Shown: piece after piece, positions 51,399-63,373 of the stretch
Layout: every line of letters begins with the position of its first letter
Position numbering within the stretch: the stretch's first letter is position 1
DNA from: an uncultured Cellvibrionaceae bacterium
Lineage (GTDB): Bacteria > Pseudomonadota > Gammaproteobacteria > Pseudomonadales > Cellvibrionaceae
DNA length: 64,000 nt
Direction: 5' to 3'
Assembly: GCA_964456865.1 (NCBI GenBank)
Contig: CAYWCW010000009.1
Span: 15,494-79,493, forward strand
Notes under the pieces: generated by a model
The model's database searches: none
What the model was told of the DNA's origin: nothing
The model's input: the letters and a program-made list of their open reading frames with translations, nothing else
Made by a program: the position numbers and the translations under genes

Positions 51399-52280
51399 GT
51401 GAGCGGGTTGTCGATCTTCAGGCGGTGCCAATGGTGGTTGTTGCTTGTCCTGTTTCCATTACCGGGTACAGGCTGGGCGGTGACCTATGCCCCCAGCCTG
51501 GCGGACGCGCGCTGGGAAGCATCCTCCTCCGTATTTGAATGCCGTCTCAGCCTCGATATAGCCGCGTTGGGAACCGCGAGCTTCAACCGCCGCGCGGGTG
51601 AACTGGAAGTGTTCCGCCTGCGCCAGCGGCAGCCCTTGCTGGCGCCGGGTGATACGATGGTGCACACCGACCTGCCGGGCTGGCGCAACGAGAGCAATCC
51701 CCGGTTGCTGGCCAGGGTCTCCATGGCTGACAGTACCCAGGGATTGCAGGTGGGCCAGGCCCAGGTACAGGTGTTCCAATCCCAGCTCGATGCCGGGCTG
51801 CGGCTGATCCTGATGCAGGGCGCCACCACCCCGGGCAGGGATCCCCTGCGTGTGGTGCTCGAACCCCTCGGATTCAGCGACGCCTTCAAAAATTACCAGC
51901 AGTGTCTGACACGGTTACTGCCGGTCAACTTCGGCCAGGTCGAGCGGACATCCATTTATTTTCCGGTGGAAGGCGAGAATCCGGATGCGCGTGAACTGCG
52001 CAAGCTCGACCACCTGATCCGCTACGTGAAGGCGGATTCCGCCATCACACACATCTTTATCGATGGCCATACCGACAGTGAAGGGCTTCGCCCTGAAAAC
52101 CTCGAGATTTCCCGCCAGCGCGCCGAACTGGTGGCGGCCTATTTGCAGGAGCGGGGAATACCCGACACGCTGCTGACCACCCGCTGGCATGGAGAGCGCT
52201 ATCCCGTCGTCTCCAACAATACGCCCCAGGGGCGCGCCCAGAATCGCCGGGTCACGCTGCGGCTCGAACGCGGCTCCTGA
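51399..52280 (+). CDS. motY: OmpA-domain flagellar protein MotY-like
   Basis: W..SSSVFECRL N-domain; DGHTDS, NLEISRQRA, RAQNRRV OmpA motifs; adjacent to pyrC. Confidence 0.72.
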   Translation: MSGLSIFRRCQWWLLLVLFPLPGTGWAVTYAPSLADARWEASSSVFECRLSLDIAALGTASFNRRAGELEVFRLRQRQPLLAPGDTMVHTDLPGWRNESNPRLLARVSMADSTQGLQVGQAQVQVFQSQLDAGLRLILMQGATTPGRDPLRVVLEPLGFSDAFKNYQQCLTRLLPVNFGQVERTSIYFPVEGENPDARELRKLDHLIRYVKADSAITHIFIDGHTDSEGLRPENLEISRQRAELVAAYLQERGIPDTLLTTRWHGERYPVVSNNTPQGRAQNRRVTLRLERGS

Positions 52281-52291
52281 ACGGCGTCCGG

Positions 52292-52319
52292 GGAATTTAT
52301 TTTTCCCAGCCGTGTCAGA
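52292..52319 (+). promoter_or_regulatory. Candidate sigmaE/AlgU promoter for mucD/degQ
   Basis: GGAATTT, 16 nt, TCAGA (52315-52319; preceded by G), 31 nt before the ATG. Confidence 0.45.
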
Positions 52320-52350
52320 GCGGCAGATGTCGGATAACAGGAGATTCTCT

Positions 52351-53757
52351 ATGACAAAAGCCGGTACCCCTTTCGTCGGCCTGGTATTACTGGTGCTCTT
52401 CAGTCTCGCATCCGGGGCCCATGCCAGAGGCCTGCCAGAGTTTACTGAGCTGATTGAAAAAAATTCCCCGGCGGTGGTCAAAATCACCACGACTACCCGC
52501 TCGCCGGTGCGCAACCAGATGATGCCGCCACCGCAGCAGATCCCTGAAATTTTTCGTGAGCTGTTCGAGCAGTACAACATGCCCGAGCGCAACGCCAATT
52601 CCATGGGCTCGGGCTTCATCATCAGCGAGGATGGCTACATTCTCACCAATGACCATGTCATCAGCGGCGTCGATGAAATCACGGTGCGCCTGAGTGACCA
52701 GCGGGAATTCAAGGCGGAACTGGTGGGCAGCGACTCCCGTTCGGACCTGGCGCTGCTCAAGATCGATGCCAGGGAATTGCCGACCCTGACCTTCGCCAAG
52801 GCCGACAGCCTCAAGGTGGGGCAGTGGGTGGTGGCCATAGGCTCGCCCTTCGGGCTCGATTACTCAGCCAGCGCAGGCATCGTCAGTGCTATTGGCCGCA
52901 GCATTCCCTCCGCGCATACCGAAAGCAACTATGTTCCTTTCATCCAGACGGATGTCGCCATCAATCCGGGCAACTCCGGCGGCCCCCTGTTTAACATGGC
53001 CGGTGAAGTGGTCGGGATCAATTCGCAGATATATACCCGGGGCGGCGGTTCCATCGGCCTCTCCTTTGCCATTCCTTCCTCCGTCGCGGAAGAAGTGGTG
53101 GCGCAGCTCAAGGACAAGGGGCGGGTCGACCGCGGCTGGCTGGGTGTGGGGATCCAGAATGTCAACAAGGATCTCGCCAGTTCTTTCGGGCTGGACAAGG
53201 CCATGGGTGCCCTGATCACCGATGTGGAGCCGCAGGGGCCGGCGGCCAAGGCGGGATTGCGGGCGGGTGACCTGATCATCAAGTTCAATGGCCGGGAGGT
53301 GAAAACCCAGGCCGACCTGCCTTACCTGGTAGGCCGTACATCGCCGGACAGCAAGGTGCCGGTGGTATTCATGCGCAAAGGCAAGGAGCAGACCGTGAGG
53401 GTCACCATCGGTGTGCTGCCGGTCAACGATGCGCCGACCGTCAGCGGCCGCAGTTCGCCGGGAACGGACAGCCGGATCGATGCGCTGGGCCTGCTGGTGG
53501 AGGAAGTAACGGACCAGAACCGGGGACGCAATGCCAATGTAAATTCGGGTGTTGTGGTGCGCCAGGTCCAGCCCAACAGTCCTGCCGCCCAGGCGGGGTT
53601 GATGGTGGGGGATATCATCGCCCAGTTGGGGTTTGATGAGGTCAATTCCCTGGATGGCTACCGCAGGCTGGTGGCCGAGTTACCGAAGAATTCTCCCCAG
53701 GCTATCCGCTTTTTCCGCAACGGCAGGCCGGTGTTTCATACCATTACCCTGAAATGA
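52351..53757 (+). CDS. DegP/DegQ (MucD-like) serine endoprotease with two PDZ domains
   Basis: GSGFII, TNDHV, SDLALLK, IQTDVAINPGNSGGPL; RBS AGGAG. Confidence 0.9.
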   Translation: MTKAGTPFVGLVLLVLFSLASGAHARGLPEFTELIEKNSPAVVKITTTTRSPVRNQMMPPPQQIPEIFRELFEQYNMPERNANSMGSGFIISEDGYILTNDHVISGVDEITVRLSDQREFKAELVGSDSRSDLALLKIDARELPTLTFAKADSLKVGQWVVAIGSPFGLDYSASAGIVSAIGRSIPSAHTESNYVPFIQTDVAINPGNSGGPLFNMAGEVVGINSQIYTRGGGSIGLSFAIPSSVAEEVVAQLKDKGRVDRGWLGVGIQNVNKDLASSFGLDKAMGALITDVEPQGPAAKAGLRAGDLIIKFNGREVKTQADLPYLVGRTSPDSKVPVVFMRKGKEQTVRVTIGVLPVNDAPTVSGRSSPGTDSRIDALGLLVEEVTDQNRGRNANVNSGVVVRQVQPNSPAAQAGLMVGDIIAQLGFDEVNSLDGYRRLVAELPKNSPQAIRFFRNGRPVFHTITLK

Positions 53758-53763
53758 CCCGTC

Positions 53764-53813
53764 GCTGCATCCGGGTGCCGGGCACTGGCCCGGCGTTCGC
53801 GCCCGGATGCAGC
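53764..53813. terminator. Compound hairpin after protease gene
   Basis: GCTGCATCCGGG/CCCGGATGCAGC outer arms with nested GCCGGGC/GCCCGGC; followed by CGTTTT. Confidence 0.5.
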
Positions 53814-53997
53814 CGTTTTCCCGATTCCGCGCTTATCTGTCGCCTGAAACAGTCCGCTGCCTGGAGCGGCGGTGCACAGCCTCATCAAATAGGCTACACT
53901 GCCGCCTTTTTCGGGCGGATCTGGGCTATTCTGAACTATCCGCATGCTTCCAGGGGCCTCCTGGGTATTCCCATAATCGTGATGCAACTGACATTCT

Positions 53998-55797
53998 GTG
54001 ATTGATCTTAGCCATATCCGTAATTTTTCCATCATTGCCCACATCGACCACGGCAAGTCCACCATCGCCGATCGCTTCATCCAGATCTGCGGGGGCCTGT
54101 CCGATCGTGAAATGGAGGCCCAGGTGCTCGATTCCATGGATCTGGAGCGCGAGCGCGGCATTACCATCAAGGCCCACAGTGTCACGTTGAATTACAAGGC
54201 CCGCGACGGCAAAACCTACCAGCTCAACTTCATCGACACACCCGGCCATGTGGATTTTACCTACGAGGTATCCCGTTCACTCGCCGCCTGCGAGGGCGCC
54301 TTGCTGGTGGTGGATGCCGCGCAGGGTGTCGAGGCCCAGTCGGTTGCCAACTGCTACACCGCCATCGAGCAGGGACTGGAAGTCATTCCGGTGCTCAACA
54401 AGATGGACTTACCCCAGGCTGAACCGGAGCGTGTCGCCCAGGAAATCGAGGACATCATCGGTCTGGATGCGACCGAGGCCGTGCGCTGCTCGGCCAAGTC
54501 GGGCCTGGGCATGGAGGATGTGCTGGAAGAACTGGTGCGTCTGGTGCCGCCCCCCACGGGTGACGTGGATGCTCCCTTGCAGGCCCTGATCATCGACTCC
54601 TGGTTCGACAACTACCTTGGCGTGGTTTCGCTGGTGCGGGTCATGCAGGGTACCCTGCGCCTCAAGGACAAGATCATTGCCAAGACCATCGGCAAGCCCC
54701 AACTGGTGGACGGCCTCGGGGTGTTCACGCCCAAGCCCTTGCAGCTGAAAGAACTCAAGGCGGGTGAGGTGGGCTTCGTGGTTGCCGGCATCAAGGACAT
54801 CCATGGCGCGCCCGTGGGCGACACCATTACCCATTCCCAGACGCAGGAAGTGCCCGCCCTGGCCGGTTTCCAGAAGATCAAGCCCCAGGTTTACGCGGGC
54901 ATGTTCCCGATCACCTCGGACGATTTCGAATCCTTCCGTGAAGCCCTGGCCAAGCTGACCCTCAACGATGCGTCGCTGTTTTACGAACCCGAGAGTTCCG
55001 ATGCGCTGGGCTTTGGTTTCCGCTGCGGCTTCCTGGGCATGCTGCACATGGAGATCATCCAGGAGCGCCTCGAGCGAGAATACGACCTGGATCTGATCAC
55101 CACCGCGCCCACCGTGGTGTATGAAGTCGAAACCGCCAAGGGCGAGACAATTTTCGTCGACAACCCGTCCAAGCTTCCCGACCCCGGCAGCATCGCTGAA
55201 ATGCGCGAGCCGATCGTCGAGGCGAATATTCTGGTGCCCCAGGAACACCTGGGCAACGTGATTACCCTTTGTGTCGAAAAGCGCGGCGTGCAGAAAGACC
55301 TGCAATTCACCGGATCGCAGGTGTCGGTGCGCTACGAACTGCCCATGAACGAAGTGGTGACCGACTTTTTCGACCGCCTGAAATCGGTCAGCCGCGGCTT
55401 TGCCTCGCTGGATTACAACTTCCTGCGTTTCCAACCCGCCAAACTGGTGCGCCTGGATGTGCTGATCAACAGCGAAAAAGTCGATGCCCTGGCGATCATC
55501 GTGCACCGCGACAAGGCCCAGCATATGGGGCGCCAGCTGGTCGAAAAAATGAAGGAGCTGATTCCCCGCCAGATGTTCGATGTCGCCATCCAGGCGGCCA
55601 TTGGCGGCCAGGTGATCGCGCGCTCCACGGTCAAGGCGCTGCGCAAGGACGTCCTCGCCAAGTGCTATGGTGGCGATGCCACCCGCAAGAAAAAATTGCT
55701 GGAAAAACAAAAGGCCGGTAAGAAGCGTATGAAGCAGGTGGGCAATGTCGAGATTCCCCAGGCTGCCTTCTTTGCCGTTCTGAAAATCGATAGTTAA
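53998..55797 (+). CDS. lepA: Translation elongation factor 4
   Basis: [43 protein letters not shown]. Confidence 0.97.
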   Translation: MIDLSHIRNFSIIAHIDHGKSTIADRFIQICGGLSDREMEAQVLDSMDLERERGITIKAHSVTLNYKARDGKTYQLNFIDTPGHVDFTYEVSRSLAACEGALLVVDAAQGVEAQSVANCYTAIEQGLEVIPVLNKMDLPQAEPERVAQEIEDIIGLDATEAVRCSAKSGLGMEDVLEELVRLVPPPTGDVDAPLQALIIDSWFDNYLGVVSLVRVMQGTLRLKDKIIAKTIGKPQLVDGLGVFTPKPLQLKELKAGEVGFVVAGIKDIHGAPVGDTITHSQTQEVPALAGFQKIKPQVYAGMFPITSDDFESFREALAKLTLNDASLFYEPESSDALGFGFRCGFLGMLHMEIIQERLEREYDLDLITTAPTVVYEVETAKGETIFVDNPSKLPDPGSIAEMREPIVEANILVPQEHLGNVITLCVEKRGVQKDLQFTGSQVSVRYELPMNEVVTDFFDRLKSVSRGFASLDYNFLRFQPAKLVRLDVLINSEKVDALAIIVHRDKAQHMGRQLVEKMKELIPRQMFDVAIQAAIGGQVIARSTVKALRKDVLAKCYGGDATRKKKLLEKQKAGKKRMKQVGNVEIPQAAFFAVLKIDS

Positions 55798-55814
55798 GGC
55801 ATCAAGGATTTTTC

Positions 55815-56720
55815 ATGAATATCAATCTGCCGTTGCTGCTCACCCTGGCGGTATTTTTCACCGGATTGGTCTGGCTGCTGGACGCCCTTATCTGGGCGCG
55901 TCCGCGCAAGGCCAGGGTTGCCGCCGTCGAACAGCAGTTTGCCGAGGTCAAAGCGCGCCCCGAGCCGGGACCCGACGCCGATGCCAAAAGCCGCAAAGAC
56001 TACGAAAAAGCCCGAGAGTCCTATGGCACGGCGCTCCAGGCCGCCGCCAGGGAGCCCGCGATCGTCGAATACAGCAAGTCGTTTTTTCCGGTCTTGCTGC
56101 TGGTATTCGTGTTGCGCTCCTTTGTGGCCGAGCCTTTCCAGATTCCTTCCGGTTCCATGGAGCCGACCCTGGAAATAGGCGACTTCATCCTGGTCAACAA
56201 GTACACCTATGGCATACGTTTGCCGGTGCTCAACACCAAGGTGATCCCTGTCAAGGATCCGCAGCGCGGTGACGTGATGGTGTTCTTTCCGCCGCACATG
56301 CCGGATACCTATTTTATCAAGCGTGTGATCGGCATCCCGGGCGATGAGATCCGGTATATCAATCATGTGCTATATATCAATGGCGAAAAGGTCCCCGAAA
56401 CCCTGGAAGCCCTGTTACCGGTAGGCAACCCTTATTACCGGCAGGCGACCGAAACGCTGGATGGCAAGACCTTCACCGTCAAGAAAAACCAGCAGCCGGG
56501 TGAGGTGAGCGGTGCTCCCCACCAGCGCTATGCCGGTGTATGGCAGGTTCCGGAGGGGTACTATTTCATGATGGGCGACAATCGCGACAACAGCGCCGAC
56601 AGCCGGGTATGGGGGCTGGTGTCCGAGGATGCGATTGTGGGCAAGGCATTTGCCATCTGGATGCACTGGGATTCGTTTTTCAGTATTCCCAGCTTCGATC
56701 GCGCTGGTGTCATTCACTGA
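55815..56720 (+). CDS. lepB: Signal peptidase I
   Basis: PSGSMEPTL, FIKRVIG, MGDNRDNSADSR. Confidence 0.95.
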   Translation: MNINLPLLLTLAVFFTGLVWLLDALIWARPRKARVAAVEQQFAEVKARPEPGPDADAKSRKDYEKARESYGTALQAAAREPAIVEYSKSFFPVLLLVFVLRSFVAEPFQIPSGSMEPTLEIGDFILVNKYTYGIRLPVLNTKVIPVKDPQRGDVMVFFPPHMPDTYFIKRVIGIPGDEIRYINHVLYINGEKVPETLEALLPVGNPYYRQATETLDGKTFTVKKNQQPGEVSGAPHQRYAGVWQVPEGYYFMMGDNRDNSADSRVWGLVSEDAIVGKAFAIWMHWDSFFSIPSFDRAGVIH

Positions 56721-56758
56721 CCGTTTGTTGAAAATCCTCTTTCACACAGGGAATCCCT

Positions 56759-57211
56759 ATGAACATGAACACACTGAAAAAGCAACAGGGCCTGGGTATG
56801 TGGGGCTGGCTGCTGGTGTTGATTGTGGCCGGTTTCTTTTTGCTGTGCGCGTTTAAGATCGTCCCCCTCTATGCTGAAAACCGCTATGTGGTTACCGCCC
56901 TCAAATCCCTGATCGATCCGGCCACGCCGCTCGAGAACATGACCGATGGCGAGATCAAGCGCAAGCTGGAAAATTTCTACATGATCAACAATGTTCGCAG
57001 CGAGGGGCCGACCAAGAACATCGAGATCAAGCGCGAAGCCAGGAAAGTCCTGGTGACCGTCAATTATGAATCGCGGGTCACGCTGTTTGATGACGTGCCC
57101 CTGTTGCGTACCCTGGATGTCGTGGTGTTTTTTGAAAACCACCTGGACAGCAGCCTGCCCCAGTTCTGCTGCCGGTCCACCAAGATCAAAACGGCCAAAG
57201 CCGCAGATTGA
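56759..57211 (+). CDS. DUF4845 family protein
   Basis: KKQQGLG pilin-like N-terminus plus TM; position between lepB and rnc. Confidence 0.78.
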   Translation: MNMNTLKKQQGLGMWGWLLVLIVAGFFLLCAFKIVPLYAENRYVVTALKSLIDPATPLENMTDGEIKRKLENFYMINNVRSEGPTKNIEIKREARKVLVTVNYESRVTLFDDVPLLRTLDVVVFFENHLDSSLPQFCCRSTKIKTAKAAD

Positions 57212-57891
57212 GCGTGGAATCCATCAAATACCAGCGATTACAGCAGCGGCTCGGTTATGAATTTCGTGATTCCCGGCTGCTGCAACAGGCGCTCACGCAC
57301 CGCAGCCACGGCGCTCACAATAACGAGCGCCTGGAGTTTCTCGGCGACTCGATCCTCAACTTCCTGATTGGCGAAGCGCTGTTCCAGCGTTTCGCCCAGG
57401 CGCGTGAGGGCCAGCTCAGCCGGTTGCGCGCGCAACTCGTGCGTGGCGAGACACTGGCGACCATGGCCCGTGAATTTGCCCTGGGTGATTGCCTGGTGCT
57501 GGGTGAGGGCGAGCTCAAGAGCGGCGGCCACAGGCGCGACTCCATCCTGGCCGACTGCGTGGAAGCCCTGATCGGTGCCATCTATCTGGAAGCCGGGCAG
57601 GCGGTGTGCCGCGAGCGGGTACTCGCCTGGTATGCGGAGCGCCTGCAAGATATTTCACTGGATGCCAGCGCCAAAGACCCCAAGACGCGCTTGCAGGAAT
57701 ACCTGCAATCCCTGCAGCATCCCTTGCCGGAATACCATGTCGTGGAAACGCTGGGTGAAGCCCATTCACGGTTTTTCACGGTTGAGTGCCGGGTGGATAG
57801 CCTCAAGCAGTCCGCCAGGGCCCAGGCATCCAACCGCCGCGAGGCAGAGAAGGCCGCTGCCGAGCAGATACTGCGCCGGCTCGAGCCCTGA
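57208..57891 (+). CDS. rnc: Ribonuclease III
   Basis: [29 protein letters not shown]. Confidence 0.95.
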   Translation: MSVESIKYQRLQQRLGYEFRDSRLLQQALTHRSHGAHNNERLEFLGDSILNFLIGEALFQRFAQAREGQLSRLRAQLVRGETLATMAREFALGDCLVLGEGELKSGGHRRDSILADCVEALIGAIYLEAGQAVCRERVLAWYAERLQDISLDASAKDPKTRLQEYLQSLQHPLPEYHVVETLGEAHSRFFTVECRVDSLKQSARAQASNRREAEKAAAEQILRRLEP

Positions 57892-57899
57892 GGTGATTG

Positions 57900-58814
57900 A
57901 TGACTGATACCCCTCCCGCCGATACACCCAGCCGCTGCGGTTACGTTGCCATTGTCGGCCGCCCCAATGTGGGCAAATCCACGCTGCTCAACCATATGCT
58001 GGGGCAAAAGATCAGCATTACCTCACGCAAGCCCCAGACCACGCGCAATAACGTCCTCGGCATCAAAACCGAGGGGCAGGCACAGATCATTTTCGTGGAC
58101 ACGCCCGGCCTGCATGCCAACCAGCCCCGCGCCATCAATCGCTACATGAACCGCGCGGCCAGTTCGGCCATGAAAGATGTGGACCTGGTGATCTTCGTGG
58201 TGGACAAGCTGGCGTGGACCGAGGAAGACGAGCGGGTGGCCAGGCAGTTGGAGAGCGCTGCCTGCCCGATCATCCTCGCGGTCAATAAAATCGATCAGCT
58301 GGATGATAAAGAACTCTTGCTGCCGCATTTGCAGCAATTGGCGCAAAAACTGAAAGTGGATGAAATCATTCCCTTGTCGGCGTTGCGCGATACCAATCTG
58401 GATCGTCTGGAGGCGTTGATCCTGGAGCGCCTCCCGGAAGCGGTTCACCTGTTTCCCGACGACCAGATCACTGATCGAAGTTCGCGCTTCATGGCGGCGG
58501 AGATCGTGCGCGAAAAAATCACCCGTCAGCTGGGTGATGAGTTGCCTTACCAGATGGCCGTGGAGATCGAGGAATTCATCCACGAGGGGCACCTGATCAC
58601 CATCTCGGCGTTGATCCTGGTCGAGCGCCAGGGGCAGAAGAAAATCCTCATCGGCGACAAGGGCGAGCGCATCAAGCTCATCGGCCAGCAGGCGCGGATC
58701 GACATGGAAAACCTGTTCGACACCAAGGTCATGCTCAACCTCTGGGTCAAGGTCAAATCCGGCTGGTCCGATGATGAGCGGGCCCTGCGCAGCCTCGGTT
58801 ACGACGACCTCTAG
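57900..58814 (+). CDS. era: GTPase Era
   Basis: [19 protein letters not shown] domain, [10 protein letters not shown]. Confidence 0.95.
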   Translation: MTDTPPADTPSRCGYVAIVGRPNVGKSTLLNHMLGQKISITSRKPQTTRNNVLGIKTEGQAQIIFVDTPGLHANQPRAINRYMNRAASSAMKDVDLVIFVVDKLAWTEEDERVARQLESAACPIILAVNKIDQLDDKELLLPHLQQLAQKLKVDEIIPLSALRDTNLDRLEALILERLPEAVHLFPDDQITDRSSRFMAAEIVREKITRQLGDELPYQMAVEIEEFIHEGHLITISALILVERQGQKKILIGDKGERIKLIGQQARIDMENLFDTKVMLNLWVKVKSGWSDDERALRSLGYDDL

Positions 58815-58819
58815 CCGCG

Positions 58820-59539
58820 ATGCGTATCGAGCTGCAACCCGCCTATGTCTTGCATGCTCGCCCCTACCGGGACACCAGCCTGCTGGTGGATTTTTTTACC
58901 CCGGCGGCGGGCCGGGTGTCCGCCGTTGCGCGTGGCGTGCGCCAGCGCAAGAGCCGCAGCCGGTCATTGCTGAATCCCTTCACGCGCCTGCTGATTTCCC
59001 TACAGGGTAAAACCGATCTCAAACTGCTTACCGCGGTGGAAGCCGATCATCAGGTCTATGCGTTGCACGGCGAGCAGTTGTTCAGCGGTTTTTATCTCAA
59101 CGAGCTGCTGTTGCGGCTCCTGCCGGAGCAGGATGCCCATGATGCCTTGTTCGAGGCTTATGAATTCGGGTTGCGCTCGCTCCAGGCACAGGCACCGATA
59201 GAGCCGGTGCTGCGCTGCTTTGAACTGACCTGCCTGACCGAGTTGGGTTACGGCGTGGATTTTTACTGCGACGCCCGCACCGGCGAGCCCCTGCGTCATG
59301 GGGATGATTACACCTTCGTTCCACAACAGGGTTTTATCAGCCGATCGGTGAGCGATACGAGCCCCGCCTTTTCCGGTGCCTTGATCCATCAGCTGGCCGA
59401 GCGGGATTTTTCCGGCGAGGGCAGCCGCCAGGCTGCCAAGTATCTCTGCCGGCTGATGCTGGCGCCCCTGCTCGGCAGCCGGCCCCTCAAAAGCCGCGAG
59501 TTGTTCATCAACACCGGCATTGCCAAAGACGACGACTGA
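58820..59539 (+). CDS. recO: DNA repair protein RecO
   Basis: AYVLHARPYRDTS, GFYLNELL, LTELGYG, PLKSRELF. Confidence 0.92.
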   Translation: MRIELQPAYVLHARPYRDTSLLVDFFTPAAGRVSAVARGVRQRKSRSRSLLNPFTRLLISLQGKTDLKLLTAVEADHQVYALHGEQLFSGFYLNELLLRLLPEQDAHDALFEAYEFGLRSLQAQAPIEPVLRCFELTCLTELGYGVDFYCDARTGEPLRHGDDYTFVPQQGFISRSVSDTSPAFSGALIHQLAERDFSGEGSRQAAKYLCRLMLAPLLGSRPLKSRELFINTGIAKDDD

Positions 59540-62338
59540 TCAGCTTTCGGTCAGCGTAAAAATCGCGTCTATATCGCGCCCGCGGGCCCAGGACAGCACA
59601 TCGTCTATGGCGCGGTTGAGCGAATAGACCGCGCCTTCCAGTTGGTCGTACTGGCGCGCCTGCAACATCCTGTCCAGCAGGCCGCTGATACGCTTCATCC
59701 GCGGCACACCGCAATAACAACAGCTGCCGTACAGGCGGTGGACCGTTTCTTCCAGGTGTGCGTAGTCTCGTTCTGCCAGTGCCGTATTGATCTGCGCCTG
59801 ATCGTCCGGCAGGGCATTCAGCAGCATGACCAGCATGTCGCGAGCGAGCGGCGCCTTGTGGTTGGCCAGCTTCAGGGAAAGGTTGATATCCACCGAGGTG
59901 ATGTCTTCATCCTCGCCTTGCAGGGCGGGCATGTTCGGCTGGGTGATATGTTGCTGTAAATCCGCGGGCGTGACTTCACGCTTGCCACCCAGGGCGGCCC
60001 AGCGATTGATGATGTGCGCCAGCTGGTTTTCGCTGACCGGCTTGCTGACACAGTCGTCCATGCCGGCAATCAGCAGTTCGGCCTTCTGCTCGGTCATGGA
60101 ATGCGCGGTCAAGGCGATGATGGGTGTACGCTGCTTGCCATTTTCCGCGGCGCGCAGGCGGCGGGTGGTTTCTATACCGTCCATACCCGGCATCTGGATG
60201 TCCATGAAAATGATGTCGAATTTTTCCGTCTCGCAAATGCTCAGTGCCTGCTGGCCGGAACTGGCCTGGACGACGCGGGTATTCAAGCCGCGCAGCAGTT
60301 CCGACGAGAGCTGGAGGTTGGCGGGATTGTCATCCACGATCAGCACGGAAGCGGGTGGGCGCTCCTGTTCTTCGATCAATTGCGGGCGCGGGTCGCGGAT
60401 GGTCACATTGAACTGGCGGCTGAGCGTTTGTGCCAGGATGTCGTGGGTAAGGGGCTTGGTGATATAGCGCGCGCGGGTTTTCTCGAGGCCGTTCGCGCTT
60501 TTCAGCAGCCGCTGGTAGGACGGCGTGCAACAGACGAGCACGCCGCACTGGAATTCCTCGATCAGTTGCTCACTGAGGCCGTGGATCAACTGGTGTTGTA
60601 TTTTGCGTTCATCCGGCGCGATATCGAGGATGACCAGCGAATAGCCATCGCCCCGGTTCTGCGCGTCACGCAATGTGGTGAAGATATCGTGGATGGCGCT
60701 GATCGACTTGCTGCGCGCCTGCCAGAGGCCAAGCATCTGCTCCAGCTGGGCATTGATCGCCGAGTTTTCACCGCACAGCAGGATATGCTTGTCTTCCAGG
60801 TTCAACCCCGAGGCGGGCGGCTGGTTCTTATCGACGCCCAGGCGTGCCGTGAACCAGAAGCAGGAGCCCTGGTCCGGCTCGCTGTCGACGCCTATCTCGC
60901 CATTCATGCGTTCAACCAGTCCCTTGCAGATGGCCAGGCCCAGGCCTGTGCCGCCGTGTTCGCGGGCGATGGAGCTGTCCGCCTGGGAAAAGGCTTTGAA
61001 CAGGCGCTCTTTTTGCCTGGCGGACAAGCCTATGCCGTTGTCCTTGACGCTGACCTTGATGATCACCTGGTTCTTCTGACGTGATTCCAGGGCTACATCA
61101 ATAATCACATTTCCCTTGGGCGTGAATTTGATGGCGTTGCTGATCAGGTTGGAGATGATCTGCTTGAATCTCAGCGGATCGCCCAGCAGGTGCGCGGGGA
61201 TGGTCGGGTCTATGTAAGTGATCAGCTGGATATGTTTTTCGTGCGCATCCGGCGCGAGTATGTGCAGGGTTTCCTCGATAGCGCGGCGCAGGGGCAGGGG
61301 TGCGTAGTCGAGGGTCAGCTTGCCGGCTTCGATTTTGGAGAAGTCCAGGATGTCATTGATGACGGTCAGCAGGTTCTGGGCGGAATCGCGGATGGTATTG
61401 AGGTAGTCGCGCTGCTGTTCATCCAGTTCGGTTTTGAGCGTGAGGTTGGTGAAGCCGAGGATACCGTTGAGCGGTGTGCGGATTTCGTGGCTGGTGTTGG
61501 CGAGGAACTCCGATTTGATCCGGCTGGCCTCCAGCGCCTGCTTGCGTGCGATATCCAGCTCGATGTTCTGGATTTCGATGGTTTCAAGGTTTTCCCGCAG
61601 GTCTTCCGTGTACTGGTCAACGTGCTGTTGCATTTCCTGCTGGGATTTTTCCACGGCGGCCGCGAGGTTGTTCACTACTTCCGCCAGCTCCGTGAATTCC
61701 TCCGATTGCTGGGTATCCACCCGCAGGTGCGGCTTGCCCTTGGCCATGTTGCGCACCACCTCCTTGATGTGGTCCAGGGGCAGGGTAATGTTTTCGTGCA
61801 GGCGTATGGCGAGCACGGCGGCCAGCAGCAGGCACAGAAGTGTCATGACCAGGGTGATCAACAGCGTCTGGTAACGTATCACCATGAACGGGGACGTCAG
61901 CAGTTCCAGCTCGATCCAGCCGAGCGAGTCCCCGCCTTCATTGTTCACCAGCGGATTGGCGAAGCGCACGGATTTGGGTGTGAAGCGCTTGCTGGCCTCG
62001 GCCGCGTTCGGCTCCTCGCCCTCGGTGACCGGGAAAAAGGTCGGACCGGCATGGTACTGCCGGTCGTGGCGCTGGTCGTAGAGGTGGATGGCCCGCACGA
62101 AAGGTTCTTCCAGCGATGCGTCGAGAATGGACGCCACCAGCTGGCTGTCGCCGCTCTTGAGGGCGTAGTGGCTCAGCTGCGCGGTTTTGAGCGTAAGCAT
62201 GCCACCGCGATGGTCAACGAACTTGCTGATCTGGACGCTGAACAGATAACTGAGCGTGCCCGCCAGCAGCAAGGTGATGGCCAGCGACGGAATCAGGATC
62301 AGCCGCCAGACTTGTTGTTTGATGGTTTTGGGTGACAT
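59540..62338 (-). CDS. barA: Hybrid sensor kinase BarA/GacS (HAMP-HisKA-HATPase-REC-Hpt)
   Basis: [33 protein letters not shown], Hpt [12 protein letters not shown]; divergent from cysM. Confidence 0.9.
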   Translation of the reverse strand: MSPKTIKQQVWRLILIPSLAITLLLAGTLSYLFSVQISKFVDHRGGMLTLKTAQLSHYALKSGDSQLVASILDASLEEPFVRAIHLYDQRHDRQYHAGPTFFPVTEGEEPNAAEASKRFTPKSVRFANPLVNNEGGDSLGWIELELLTSPFMVIRYQTLLITLVMTLLCLLLAAVLAIRLHENITLPLDHIKEVVRNMAKGKPHLRVDTQQSEEFTELAEVVNNLAAAVEKSQQEMQQHVDQYTEDLRENLETIEIQNIELDIARKQALEASRIKSEFLANTSHEIRTPLNGILGFTNLTLKTELDEQQRDYLNTIRDSAQNLLTVINDILDFSKIEAGKLTLDYAPLPLRRAIEETLHILAPDAHEKHIQLITYIDPTIPAHLLGDPLRFKQIISNLISNAIKFTPKGNVIIDVALESRQKNQVIIKVSVKDNGIGLSARQKERLFKAFSQADSSIAREHGGTGLGLAICKGLVERMNGEIGVDSEPDQGSCFWFTARLGVDKNQPPASGLNLEDKHILLCGENSAINAQLEQMLGLWQARSKSISAIHDIFTTLRDAQNRGDGYSLVILDIAPDERKIQHQLIHGLSEQLIEEFQCGVLVCCTPSYQRLLKSANGLEKTRARYITKPLTHDILAQTLSRQFNVTIRDPRPQLIEEQERPPASVLIVDDNPANLQLSSELLRGLNTRVVQASSGQQALSICETEKFDIIFMDIQMPGMDGIETTRRLRAAENGKQRTPIIALTAHSMTEQKAELLIAGMDDCVSKPVSENQLAHIINRWAALGGKREVTPADLQQHITQPNMPALQGEDEDITSVDINLSLKLANHKAPLARDMLVMLLNALPDDQAQINTALAERDYAHLEETVHRLYGSCCYCGVPRMKRISGLLDRMLQARQYDQLEGAVYSLNRAIDDVLSWARGRDIDAIFTLTES

Positions 62339-62469
62339 GGTGTCAGGGCCGGAATTAGGGTTATTGGCGCCGCTGTGGAAGCCTGGCGACTCCGGTTTCA
62401 CCTTAGCACATTCGGCGGTAGAATGGCCGCCCCTGGCCCCGAGACGGGCCCGCGAGCTACGAGGCCCCC

Positions 62470-63360
62470 ATGGATTTTCCCACGATTGAAGCGTTTGTCG
62501 GCCAGACGCCCCTGGTTCGTTTGCAGCGCCTGCCGGGCAACACCAGCAATACCCTGCTGGTCAAACTCGAGGGCAACAATCCCGCGGGCTCGGTCAAGGA
62601 CCGCCCGGCCTTGTCGATGATCCGCCAGGCGGAACTGCGCGGCGATATCAAACCCGGCGACACCCTGATCGAAGCCACCAGCGGCAATACCGGCATCGCC
62701 CTGGCGATGGTGGCGGCCATCAAGGGGTACCGCATCATCCTCATCATGCCCGATAACATGACGGCGGAACGCAAGGCGGCCATGACCGCCTATGGTGCGG
62801 AGCTGATCCTGGTGTCGCGCGAAGCGTCCATGGAAGGCGCCCGGGACCTGGCGTTGCAAATGCAGGCGGAAGGCAATGGCAAGGTGCTCGACCAGTTCGG
62901 CAACAGCGACAATCCCCTGGCGCATTACCAAACCACGGGCCCGGAAATCTGGCAGCAAACCGGCGGTACCATCACCCACTTTGTCAGCTCCATGGGCACC
63001 ACGGGGACCATCATGGGGACCTCCCGCTACCTCAAGGAACAAAACCCGGCCATTCGCATCATCGGCCTCCAGCCGGCTGAAGGCGCCAGCATCCCCGGCA
63101 TCCGCCGCTGGCCCCGGGAATACCTGCCCAAAATCTACGACGAGTCCCGCGTGGACGAGATCATCAGCATGCCCCAGCGGGACGCGGAAAACACCATGCG
63201 CGCCCTGGCCCGCCAGGAAGGCATTTTCTGTGGCGTGTCCTCCGGTGGCGCGGTTGCCGCCGCCCTGCATCTCAGCCGCGAGCTGGAGAACGCGGTGATC
63301 GTGGCGATCATCTGCGACCGCGGGGACCGCTATCTGTCCTCGGGCGTCTTCAACGCCTGA
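62470..63360 (+). CDS. cysM: Cysteine synthase B
   Basis: KLEGNNPAGSVKDR, EATSGNTG, GTTGT, ICDRGDRYLSSGVF. Confidence 0.95.
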   Translation: MDFPTIEAFVGQTPLVRLQRLPGNTSNTLLVKLEGNNPAGSVKDRPALSMIRQAELRGDIKPGDTLIEATSGNTGIALAMVAAIKGYRIILIMPDNMTAERKAAMTAYGAELILVSREASMEGARDLALQMQAEGNGKVLDQFGNSDNPLAHYQTTGPEIWQQTGGTITHFVSSMGTTGTIMGTSRYLKEQNPAIRIIGLQPAEGASIPGIRRWPREYLPKIYDESRVDEIISMPQRDAENTMRALARQEGIFCGVSSGGAVAAALHLSRELENAVIVAIICDRGDRYLSSGVFNA

Positions 63361-63373
63361 TATCGGGGACACT

